Positions 26,311-38,903 of a stretch of 64,000 nt of DNA are shown here, piece after piece. Position 1 is the stretch's first letter; every line of letters begins with the position of its first letter. The DNA lies in NCBI GenBank assembly GCA_964035545.1, contig OZ037768.1, forward strand, positions 6,294,741 through 6,358,740, read 5' to 3'. The notes below the pieces were generated by a model. That model was not told the origin of the DNA and made no database searches. It saw only the letters and a program-made list of their open reading frames with translations. The stretch is from Bugula neritina. Its lineage: Eukaryota > Animalia > Bryozoa. Made by a program: the position numbers and the translations under genes.

Positions 26311-29300
26311 ATGTGTGTCAGGAGTTTCATAGTCATCTCCTGCTTCATTTTACTTTGGAGAAAAGGGTATTCAGGTAGGCTATTGTTTTTCCTCACTAGT
26401 GCAGAATGAAAAATCTATTAACAAAAACATCTGCATTGAAATATCTCAATTTATCATATAAAAGTAAACATTCTTCTACAATTAATAGCTTGTACAAGCC
26501 CAGTGTGTTTGTGTGATAAATCTTAAAGACACTGAAATATGAGATACTTGATGGCGATTAGTACAAGCACCCACATAGTGTATGAAGGATTTTTATAGCA
26601 TGTAAATCTGCATATATACATGCTACGTATATTATGTGTCTATTTTTATAATTATTATGCTGTATGCAGTTGGTTAAATGCGTATATTTTTCAAGTATAT
26701 GTATATATGTTGCGGCAAAGTTTTTCTAATTTAACCAACAGTATATGTAGGTTGAATTAATGTACACTAATTAAACTTGCAATATGTGTAGGTTAAATTA
26801 ATTTACATACATTACTGAACCACCTAAACACTATTTATATATGTTACTAGACCAACCATGTAGATGGTTATATTATTTGTGTGAAGTGATCAAAATCGCA
26901 TGTCACATGGTACTGTGATGTTATGAAGTCAATACATTAGAGCATTACTCAGGTTAATTTAAGTTTTCTTGTTTCCTATCACAAGTTATCTAGCTGAAGC
27001 CTGATACTGAGTAGTTACACATTTCATATAACAAACTAAATTTGGTTGTTTTGCCTTTTGTAGAATTTGTTGGCAATGAATGGCCAGGTAACGGAAATTC
27101 CTGGCCAGGTTTGGCTAATTCTGTATATATAATGTATAACAATGGTCCATCCATTCCATATGATGGTCACATTCATGCCTTCCATGCCGACATAGCTAGT
27201 CCTGGAGCTTATATTGAGTTCCAGATATGGCGGGAAGGCAATGTTTCAGGCTCTTACATCCTGATTGGCCAGCAAGGATTCACAACAACGGCAGCAGACG
27301 TTGCTGCCACTAACTCATCAGTAAGTTTGCTGATTAAATTATAGAATACAGATTGCATATGCTCTTTAGTGTCTTGTATTGATATTAATGTGATTGTTTG
27401 GAATAGGTGAATAAGTGTTTATTTAGTATGATTCAAGATGGATGCACCTCACAGCATGGCATGTGTATCAACTTTCTAGGCTGAATATTCATAGCATCTA
27501 TCAAGTCTATATAAATATGCAATCCAGTAAATTTCTGTAGGCAATGTGACACTGGCCTTTCATTGAGCCTGAAGAGATTATTTTGTAAAGTTATATTGTA
27601 TTGTAATTTGAAGGTGGCATAGCATTTACATCACAGCTATGGCTGGTTTATTTTTCTCAGGTTCTACTGGTTATATACTAGTATTATAGTTTTTGACTAG
27701 TGGTAGACTCTGCTGTGTATATAGTATACTATGTAATCATGTTACTAGAAAAAGTTGCGTTATCTGGTTTGAGTACCGTTCGTGGGCCTTAATCATTGTG
27801 ATAGGTTATCTAAAAATAATATATTGTAAATATTTAACAACACTTCTTTCATTAAAAAAACCTGCCATCATATGAAAAAAACTATGTAAATCTGTTGAAG
27901 ATAGTTTCTTTAGAATTTTATAGTACTCTATATTATGGTTACACTGTTGAGCTCCTGATTTTGTTTCTATTTTAGAAATATTGCTATAATATGTGAAATT
28001 TCAGATGTTTTACCAAATTAGTGTCAATTGTAGCACTTCAAAAATTGAATTTCATATGAAATGACTTTAGTGATAGAATTATTCTAATACAATATTTATC
28101 TTTGAAAAATACAGTCATTGATAATGTTTCTGCAATTCTTGCAGTTTTTGTTACCATCCTCAATCGAAGTTAAACAAGGAGATCGAATTGGCTTCTGGAG
28201 TAAAAATTCGGTTGTCCCTGTGGCTAGGTAAGACCTGTCATTACCTGTTGGTTCTGAGATGCACCTGTAATTGTAAAACGCTTCAGTTGCTGCGGTCAAA
28301 ATTATTGATCCTTGCACCACTGTGATATTGGCATTTATTCTTAAGACAGAAATGTGGAAATTTGTTCAATCAATTTGTAATGTTTTTTGCAGATATTTTG
28401 GAGATTTTGTACTTAAAGCATTTGTCTTTAAACAAAGCGCTCAAGCACCAGTGGAAGGAGCTGTTTTGACTCAACTGACCACTTTCAATAAGAACGAGTA
28501 CTTTGCTCTTGGAGTCACTTTGGAGACTCAACCTCTAGTGAGAGAAATGACGACAACAGGACCTACAACTGAAGGACCTAGTAGCACGGTTGCCCCAACC
28601 ACCACAGAACCTGTTCCCACTGACAGAGGTGAGGTGGTGAAAGGCTGAAAGGAAGCTTGTTTATGTTGTCTGTGTGTTGGTGTGATACTTTTGATGAAAA
28701 CTTACAATCAGTCTGTGTTTCTAAATTGTTCAACTTCAGTAATTAGGCTTTAGGAATAAAAATAAGTTCACTCTTTGCTGTAGACTCAGTCAACTTTTTA
28801 ACGAAATGATTTGTCTTTACAGAGTATGGCAGACTGGGACTTGCGGGGGAAGAGTGGCTTGCTGTATCCCAAATCAGCTATCTTTCACTACTCATCAACT
28901 TTACTGAACCTATTATTGGAGGATATTTATCAAGATTTCAAATTTATTCCTTAAAGCGAAATGTCGACATAAAGTTTCAAATCTGGAGAACAATCAGCAA
29001 CACAATTGGCAGTCGAAATTTTCTTCTAGTTGACGAATTGTCGTATACAACAAAACTTGTCAACTCATTTGAAAACACTGTAAGTTTGTTTAGTCTTATT
29101 TAAACTATTTCCTACATGTGAGTTCTGCTCACCAGGCTACTATCTGATATCTTGTATATCTTGTATGTACCTTGATATCTAGTACTTGTATCTGATAGCT
29201 AAGTAGTCTGATCTGTATTTTATATAAATGTGGATAGTAAATTATAGTACGTATTATATTGAACTTCTTTTCCAACCTCAGAGTTCTTCTTAGTGGTATG

Positions 29301-32300
29301 AAACTATCATAATTATATGTGTACTTTGTAATCAATATTATTCATTATAATATTGCTCTTGGATTGTTATTCAATTAAGGCAGTGGAAGTCATCGAAAGT
29401 CATACTTAATCAGCGAAAACTTAATAATTTAGTATTGAAAAGTTTCTAGCAAAGTATTATGTTATATGGAAACTCTATAGGCTGTAGCTCACTGAGTTAT
29501 GATAGAAAATTAGCACTAAGAGATAAAGTCAGTGACAGTCCCAGCTGTTGCTTATATTTTGAAAAAAACGTTTCTGGTGGGACCTCTCGGTAGTTATTCT
29601 CCAAACTTGAGTAATCTAACAGACTAGTTGGTTATTTAATTGATTAGGAGTTGCCAAATTCTAGGAAGGCTCCTTGGCATTTTTAGACGATTTTTTTTTA
29701 AATTGCTTCATTTTTAAGCCATTTTATTATTAAGTAGAGGATTGTTCTTGTAAGATTAGCATCTTTCTTATGTGACGATATTTTTATTGATAACGAATTG
29801 TTCTCTCATAATTCCAGAGTATTTGGAATGCCAACATAATTGACGGAGACTTGATCGGAGTGACTATTATTGATGCTAACAACAAGGGCATTCCTATTGG
29901 CTGGGAACAGGTTACCGGAAATGGAGAGAGAATTTATAAGAAAGCCACACGCACCAAAGCAGAGCTACCCATCATTGGCCGAACGTATATGGACTATGAG
30001 CTGATCAACAACCACAATCAGCTTGCAATGGTTGTCTACATTTCAGATGGTAATAAATAGTCTTGATGGAGGTGTGATGATTTGCTTAGAAATGTCATAG
30101 CAAATAAAACATGTGTGTGAAAACTTCAGACTGGAATGAATTGCTCAAGTGTGGTTATGGTTTGCTTTGTAACTTCTGGTACTTGTCAATAAGCGAGAAG
30201 TTGTGGCAGTTTTTCATGTGTTTAGTGCAGTAAATATGGTTTATAGGCTGGTAAGGTTCATCATTATTGTTATATATTATCCAGCTCTACTCCATTTTGT
30301 TTTGTAGTATTTATGGTTCGATTGTTTTTCTTGTGGTAAATTTGATTTCCAAAACTCTTTATTTTCTTATTCTGTTTCATAGATAAGAAGGCTGATGATG
30401 GGAGTGATAACATAACCCTTACAACCACATCAATGGCCGTCACTACTTCTGGGCCAATACAAAGTACAACTGCAATTACAGAAGGTATATAGCCTTGCAT
30501 TCGTTTCAAAAGATTATTTCCAACATTCTGTTTACGCAGTTTTAGTGGTTTAGTAGAATGTTGATTAAAAATATTGTGTGCACATGTGTAATTGTGTGTG
30601 CAACATGCAAATGTATATGTATGCCTGTGTATATAGATACACTCATATAATTATATATGTGTGCATGTGTGTTTGTCCAAGCACATGAGTGTGTATGAAT
30701 ACACATACTCCTGCAAAACACAATAATACATGTGAGTATGAGTGGGTGTGTAATCTGTAAATATACATATGCATGTATAATAGCTTATAATGTGAATGTA
30801 TCTACTATACACAGGTGTGTATGACTGTAAGTGCAGCTTGTACATTGAATTATTCAGACTTCGCCATAAATTGTTTATCATTTCAGCAGATGGCGTACTG
30901 TTAAGCTTACATGTATTATGCAGTAGTTTCATTGGGTGTTGTGTTTATTACCTACAAAGATAATTAGACTAACATATTCTCCACCTCTACTCTGTGCATG
31001 TAATATGTTGTCATTTCATTAAACTTCTTCACTACAAGTGATTAGTGTATGTAAGTTGGTCGAACGCTGTGTTGTTTATTTGTGTTTGTATTTTAATACC
31101 CCAGGAACAACGGGTACAACAGTTCCCATCACATCAGGTAACATCTTGTGCAATGAGTTCTATACATGTACTAACCTGAACTATATTGCGTCGTTTAACA
31201 TACATATTGTGTACATCTTTCTAAGTGCTATCGAGTGAGTTTCAGCATCAGCTTTAGAATAGAAGTGTTTACAGTGCAAGATACTGATGATATATGCTTC
31301 TCGGCATGCTGCCCGAATTTAGTTGCTGTTTTTTATATGCATAGAATTTTCTTGCATGTTGAAAGACTATGCTGTTAGTTTTGTACTTAGTTTTCAAGAG
31401 TGCCTTAGGATTGATAAAGTTGTAATCTAGTAGGTATTTAGATTCATGACTTATGTAACTTCACAGTTGAATACCTTGTCATAGCACATTCAACATCTTG
31501 CTTATCCCCTAACCCACACGCCTTTGTCAATCACCATTTTTAATTTACCACAAAAAACATGTTAAGGCACAAAATATTTCAAAATTTGAAATCTGCTTTC
31601 CACTGCTCTGAAAATAATGATCAAACACAGAGTAATAGTCTTTTGGAAATATTCTGTTGATTACATCTGCTGTCCCTCCATTACAGAGCTTATAATCGGC
31701 AACAAAGATGTGGTGGACAGTTCTGGCAGTTTGGAAGAGTTCCAACCATTCGCCAGTGTTACTGTAGTGCTGACGGAACTTGAGATGAGGCGCGATGGGT
31801 TTCTCACCAGCATTGGGTGAGCATCTCTCTTGACATTAGACAGCTTCTTGACATTAGACAGCTTCTCGCGGCAGCTATTATGCTTGTTTATTTCTCAAAT
31901 TCAATTATTGACAAAGATATGTATAAATATGCGTACTCCTCACCCTGTTCACTTTAATAGAAGTACAATCAATAACAAAATGATAATGAAACATCATGTA
32001 CAGTGTATTAGCATTCTAATTGTTGCTTCTAATTGGAACTTCCAATTATTTTGCACATTAGATACTCTACATTGTATCTGAAGGTCCACAGTTGGTTATT
32101 TCATTGAGTTTTTGGTTACCCGGAGAAGTGTTGATCTCCAGTATTTTCAACTTTTTACAGGCCGGCTGCTTCATAAACACTATTTGTATCGAGGCATCAT
32201 CATTAGCATTACACTAAGGGTTCATTTAATTTGATAGTACTCGAATGTTTATTGTATAGCATATAATTACGTTTTTAGGATTTATTTGAATTATTTGAAT

Positions 32301-35300
32301 TATTTGAATTATAGAACAATTGTTTGTCTAGATTTTACGCCACCGTAGCTGAACCTTTGGAAGTTGGAATATTCAGACCCATTCAAGCATCATGCCCTCG
32401 GCCAAGATGTTATGAAAAGATATTTACTGAAGACGTGAACATAACTGCCGCTGGACCTGTAATTGTATGTATTGTCTTTATTATACATCCTTCTCCACAT
32501 TGATATAGTGCCTGAATTCGACTGCTAATTCTGTTTGGTACGCAGACTTATCAGTGTAATGCAACCACCCGACTAATTTCAGCCATAGCCTATAAACTTC
32601 ATTTATTTCTGACTGCAGATGGAGTCTTTGCACTCATTTCATATATCTGGAAGTTCAAACATAATAGACAATTTTCAATGAATTTCACTCATCAAAACTT
32701 ATGCGGAGTTATCTCTCTTGTTGAACTGGCATTCTTGGTTGAAATAAAAAAGAAATAGTGTAGCTATGCTATATTGATAACTATAAACCATACTCTAAAT
32801 AAAGCTTATAAAATGATGTGCAATTATATTTAACATTAGCATTTTCTAGTTTAAGAAAATCTGTGCATATTAGGCTATACCCTAACTGCATGTTAATTGT
32901 TAATATTATTAAATTACACAAAACTAATTTTTTGTCTCATTAATTACTTGAAACTATTGCTGATTAATTGCAACTATTTTATTTTTATAAATCAAGCTAT
33001 CTCTGTTATTTTTTAAAAGAAATTGTCAATAAAAATGCTTATTGTACACTCTCATGTTATAGCAATAATAAAAGCACACTGTTGAATTTGTACTATGTTG
33101 ATAAGTAATTGGGGCTGTCACACTATTAAACAGTGTCGCACTGGGCTGCTGTATATACTAAAAGTATTTAAATATTTGACTAACTATTCATAAGCTGATA
33201 AAAATACTCTCTGTTCCGTAGCTGTCATTTGAAGACTCTCCTATTCCCGTGTTAGAAGGTGATGTACTCGGCTTCTACAACACGGACCCTTCATCTTTTG
33301 TTGTGGGTAGAGTTGCTGTCGGCGGCAGTAAGTTCATGTTTTATAGCAATTCTTTCAGCTCTTATTCGAATATAATTTAGAAAATGTATTTTAAATTTAT
33401 TTTTAGTTTTGTGTCGTTTTTCGGCAATAAAACACCATTCAGGTTTATATATTTTCTCATCAAAACCCAGCATGGAAAGTGTATTATAATGTGGTTTACA
33501 ATAGACCATGTAAGTTTGGTACATTTAGTACCTTGTACCAATTCTAGAATACTCACCACTATAACTTATAAAAACTTCTGCAAATTCAAATGCAAAATGC
33601 ATACTTCTAGAAAATAGCTGTGCAACTTTTATTACATGCATTATTTTATTTCATATCTTAAATTTATGAATCATGAGTTCATTTTTCAAAATGTTTAATC
33701 TAAGTGCTTAAAAAATGCAAATAAAAAGTACAAGTTTAAAAAAATACCCTGGTGCAAATTGACCACAGCCCCAGCTGTTTTGGCAAAACACATTTAATGA
33801 CATTTTCATCGACATAGTGGTAAATGGGCTGGTTGTTTTTGGCAGATGGGTAGCACGCTGGCTGGCTGCACCTTTATACAATTCTGATTGGCAGGACTCT
33901 ACATGACCAGCTAATGATTGTATCTGATTGGCCTAATAATTCATTTGCATTTGAAAATGTAGAGTTTTATATAAGTTATAGTGGTGATATTTTAGAGTTG
34001 GTACACACCCCTTTTTTGGTTGAGTTTTATAGTCTGATCACGCTGTAGTCATCTACAACACTTCAGTGTATGGAGAAATTATTAGTATTACGAAATCTGT
34101 TTTGGCTTATATTGCTATGCCAGTTTTCTGACTTGGTTTGTAATAAACCATAGGCAGCTATATAACTTAGGTGATTTCATCGAAGGTAGACACTGTTTAG
34201 GTGCAGCAAATCAAACACTGTTTTTACTATTGCAAAACAGTAGCAATAGCATAGCACAGTCAGCGAACTGTAATGGCAGTGCTGCACCATATTTATCATC
34301 ACTAGCATATATTTACAGCACACTGACGAACACATGTATAAGCATGTGCTAAGCATAAATTAGTTGCTTATGTACCAACCATTATTTTACTTAAAAAAAT
34401 TACAACAGTAATTTTTTTAACTTGGTTGCATATTTATTTGCAGGAGTTAAAATGCCCAGCTTTTAGCAATAGACGTAACATAGACGATTTATATAAAAAT
34501 GAGCTTTAACCTGTAGTGCTTGGCATGCTAGTCTATACTGTTACTTGGTATCATGACCATTTTGTACATAATTTCCTTAGTGAAACAGCATGTTTATCCC
34601 ACAAATGGAATGCCATCAGCCATAGGACAATATAGTTCAGTTTCTTTCAACTATGAAGTGATTTTGTTAGCAGCTTGCTTCATTTTTAAGTGATATTTAA
34701 CAGTGAGCTTCTCAGTCTCAAGTCATTGTTTGAGGAAATATCTGCACCTAGCTCTGAAGCTATACTAATGAGTTTTCAATACATGTTTTTCCTCACTCAA
34801 AGTAATCATCAACCACCATTGAGGCAGGAAGATGACAAAAACATTCTGAGGGCTAGTATCCAATACCATATGCCAGCCATTAAAACTTCACTATAGTGCT
34901 TCCGGAGCACACCTATTTCTACTATACCATGGCGATCTTCCTACAGTATTTACTTATTTCCTGGCCATGCCACCTGGAAAGAAAGGCCATTTTCAACTGA
35001 CTAGAATGCAGTAACTCTAAACTAAATTAATTGCTATCCTTAGAATCCAGGTTAAAAGAGCAATCAACCCATAAAGGGCTTGATATCCTAAATAGTCCTG
35101 GAGGTATAAGCTTACTGTTTGCACCTCTTTTAGAAAAGATTATAATAGTCTGCTGTGCTTTCTGCAGATACCCTTGGTAACCAATAAAATGTAGCACTTT
35201 ACAATATTTTTTTGGTGTGCTATTGTATATGCATGTGCTATACCACTATGCTTTGTAAGCTAAATTCAGATATTAATGGTTTTTGGGTGAAAGAAAATGG

Positions 35301-38300
35301 CAGCTCAGACTCGATGCTTATTTTGCAAAATACAAACTCATATATAGATAATATTCTGTTGGTAACAATGTTGTATGCAGTCAGTGTTGAAATATAATGC
35401 CTTCATTACAGTTTTAGTGGGATCAGCGTTTTCTCTGTAACTATCATGTTGCATCACACAATATGAAAAAATGTTCATCAAATCCAATGTTTAATCATCA
35501 TTTATTCTAGCATATACCAGAGAACCTTTGTATTTTACCCAACTGACTAAAACATGTATTGAAAACTCATTAGTAAAATTGTTGATGTTATTGCGGTAGC
35601 TTCACAGCTAAGTGTAGGCACTCCATCCAGCAATGGTTTGAGGTTGATTATTTCACAGTTAAAAGAATTTAGAGTCTAGATTCTAGACTATATTGTCCCA
35701 TGGCTGATGTCATTACATTTGTAAGATAATCATGCTGTTTCGCTAAGTAAATCGTATACAAGAAAGGGTTATCAACATGGTATTATAGGTGATGATACCA
35801 ACTGGCAATATAGACCCACATGCAAGGCATTACATGTTAATACTAATTTTTATACAAAATGTCTACATTATCTGTGCAATTAAACTCTTGCAGATTAATA
35901 TGTGATTGATTAAAAAAGCTACTGCTATATAAATTTAAAATAAAACAGTAGTAAGTACACAAGCAAGTAATTTATGGTTAGCGTAGGTTCATGCATTTGT
36001 AATATGCATGTGAAGCAATTTTTTAAATTATCACATTAAAATAAGCTGAAGCGCAAAATAATCAGACTATGAGAATGTATTCAGTAATATGCATTGATTT
36101 AAAACTAAATCATGAAATGATAATCATTTTTGCAACTTCTGTACTTGGTAGACAAGATAGAGAGGGGTGGTGTGACTGCTGTAACTGTGTTACTGCTCTA
36201 CATACTAACAGACTAGGCTAGTGTATTGAAGTGCCTTACATAAGATATTTCAATAAAACTGGTGAGTTTAGTGTGGCCACTGCCATTGCAGCTAGGTGAC
36301 TGTGCTAGTGTGCTATGCTCTCACTACTGCTTTGCAATAAAACCAAGTAACAGCACTGGTTGATTTGATGTTCTAAGGTCTAAGTAATGTCTACCTTTGA
36401 TGAAATCACCTAAGTTAGAACAGCCTGCATATAGTTGATGAAAAGCTAAGTCAGAAAACTGGCAAAGCAATATAAGCCAAAACAGATTTCGTAATACTAA
36501 TAATTTCCCCATACACTGAAGTGTTGTAGATGACTACAGCGTGATCAGACTATAAAACTCAACCAAAAAAGGGGTGTGTACCAACTCTAAAATATCACCA
36601 CTATAACTTATATAAAACTCTACATTTTCAAATGCAAATGAATTATTAGGCCAATCAGATACAATCATTAGCTGGTCATGTAGAGTCCTGCCAATCAGAA
36701 TTGTATAAAGGTGCAGCCAGCCAGCGTGCTACCCATCTGCCAAAAACAACCAGCCCATTTACCACTATGTCGATGAAAATGTCATTAAATGTGTTTTGCC
36801 AAAACAGCTGGGGCTGTGGTCAATTTGCACCAGGGTATTTTTTTAAACTTGTACTTTTTATTTGCATTTTTTAAGCACTTAGATTAAACATTTTGAAAAA
36901 TGAACACATGATTCATAAATTTAAGATATGAAACAAAATAATGCATGTAATAAAAGTTGCACAGCTATTTCCTAGAAGTATGCATTTTGCATTTGAACTT
37001 GCAGAAGTTTATATAAGTTATAGTGGTGAGTATTCTAGAATTGGTACAAGCTACTAAATGTACCAAACTTACATGGTCTATTGCTGAGTTATTTATATAT
37101 CAAACAGTAATATGCTATTAATACATATGATGTTATAGATATTTGTGATTCATTCCTATGTTATATATATTATATACCTTTTGGTTATGGTTACGGTCAG
37201 TTCTTTCTATGCTGTCAAGCTGTACACTTTATACATTACAACAATAAACCTTACGTTAAATTATTCTAATGGTCTCATCTTAATTATTACCCACGACAAC
37301 ATACAAAAACTGAAAACATAACAGATAGTAATGTGAGTTATGCAATCTATTTGTAGGAGGAGATGTGCCTTACCTGACTATTGGTCCAACGAATCTAAAT
37401 GAGGTCACTGAAGGGTTTAATCAGTATTTAAATGGCTATAAATATGCTATATATGCTATAATGGCTGCAGGTTAGTGGTCTTGGAATGACTCATGTGTCT
37501 AATCTATACTCTTATTATACGAGCCAATCTACCTTTAACTCTATTGTAATTATTGTGGTTGTACTCTCTTCCAAGTGTGACTCTTCAAAGTTGCTCGCTG
37601 ACATGCCTTACTGATTCAATGGTGGCAGCATCAGTGTCTTCTGATGAGTCATTGATGAAGAATTCTGCTCAATTTATATCATTACACTATGAAAATAGGT
37701 AGAGTGCTAGTAAAAACCAGGCAATAAGCCAATAATATGTGATATTTTATACATGTTCTTTATATATTATTATGGTAGCAGCTTCCCAAAATTATTTATT
37801 TGAAAGTCCCTAACTGCTAATAAGAATATTTATATGTTAGCTGTTTATATTTACTTTGTCAAATGCTTTTGTTAGTTTTTGAAATTTATATGTATATTGT
37901 GTTTTGTTTTGTAGTGCCAACCACAACAACATCTACTACAAGTGAGTCTAAGTACATGTTTATCGTGTTTATTTTACACTTATTATTTATGCAGTAACTT
38001 TTTTCTGCAACCTAATTTTTGCTTCTCTTGAATTAAATGTGAAATATGTAAAATTGCTGTACCTTAACTACATCTGAAATTCGAAAAATTATTAACCATT
38101 TCGCCGTGATTATACTTAGTTTGTTGAGCTGGTGGTGATCTATCAGTAGTTGGTGTGTAGCTATATGAACTGTGAGCATTGCATTCTATATATCTGTGTG
38201 TCCATAGCCACTGTATCAATTCTCTGCTATTATTCTTTTAGACACCTTAAACAGTATGCTATCTGTTGTTTTTTTTTGTTTAATAATTCTTAGTGTATAC

Positions 38301-38829
38301 TTATGAAGCATTCTGCTAAATCGATCAACTTTATAATATGTCTAGAGTATAAACTATAAACTGATGCAATTTTTATTTTTAAAACCTGGGCTAATACTGA
38401 TGATAAGAAATATCGAATATGGATGATCATTGATGAGAAATAAGATCTCAAAAAGTTGTTTATTCAATCACAAGTAGGTTATTTACATGACATCTTTTAT
38501 TTGCTATTAATAGCTACCACACAGACCATACTCATTAAGGGAGTTTCCGGTAATCCAGGATCAGAAGGTCCTGTTGGTTCAATTGGAGCTACTGGAGAAA
38601 AGGGCTCCAAGGTTTGTCTATTTTATAGTAAAGCTATACAGAGAAAATTCTAATTCAGCGCTGTAAATCCTAATAAAGTCATAGATTACTGTAAATTTTC
38701 AATAATAACTTCTTGCAGTATTTACATCACACAGATATGGGATTTAGTTTATGTTGTTGCAACCTTACCTAATAATTAGGAACACAACTGTAATAGTCTG
38801 TTGAATCAAAATATATATTATATTATTAT

Positions 38830-38903
<74 letters not shown>

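Noticed and set aside
31829-31866. 18-bp tandem duplication next to a splice donor
   Set aside because: Ordinary local slippage duplication with no effect on the exon frame.
34430-34640. Possible relic of an ISL2EU second ORF (SWIM/YqaJ-like) in the inner transposon arms
   Set aside because: Only faint fragments (YLFA..MPSF, SETACLSHKWN) with many stops; needs an HMM search.
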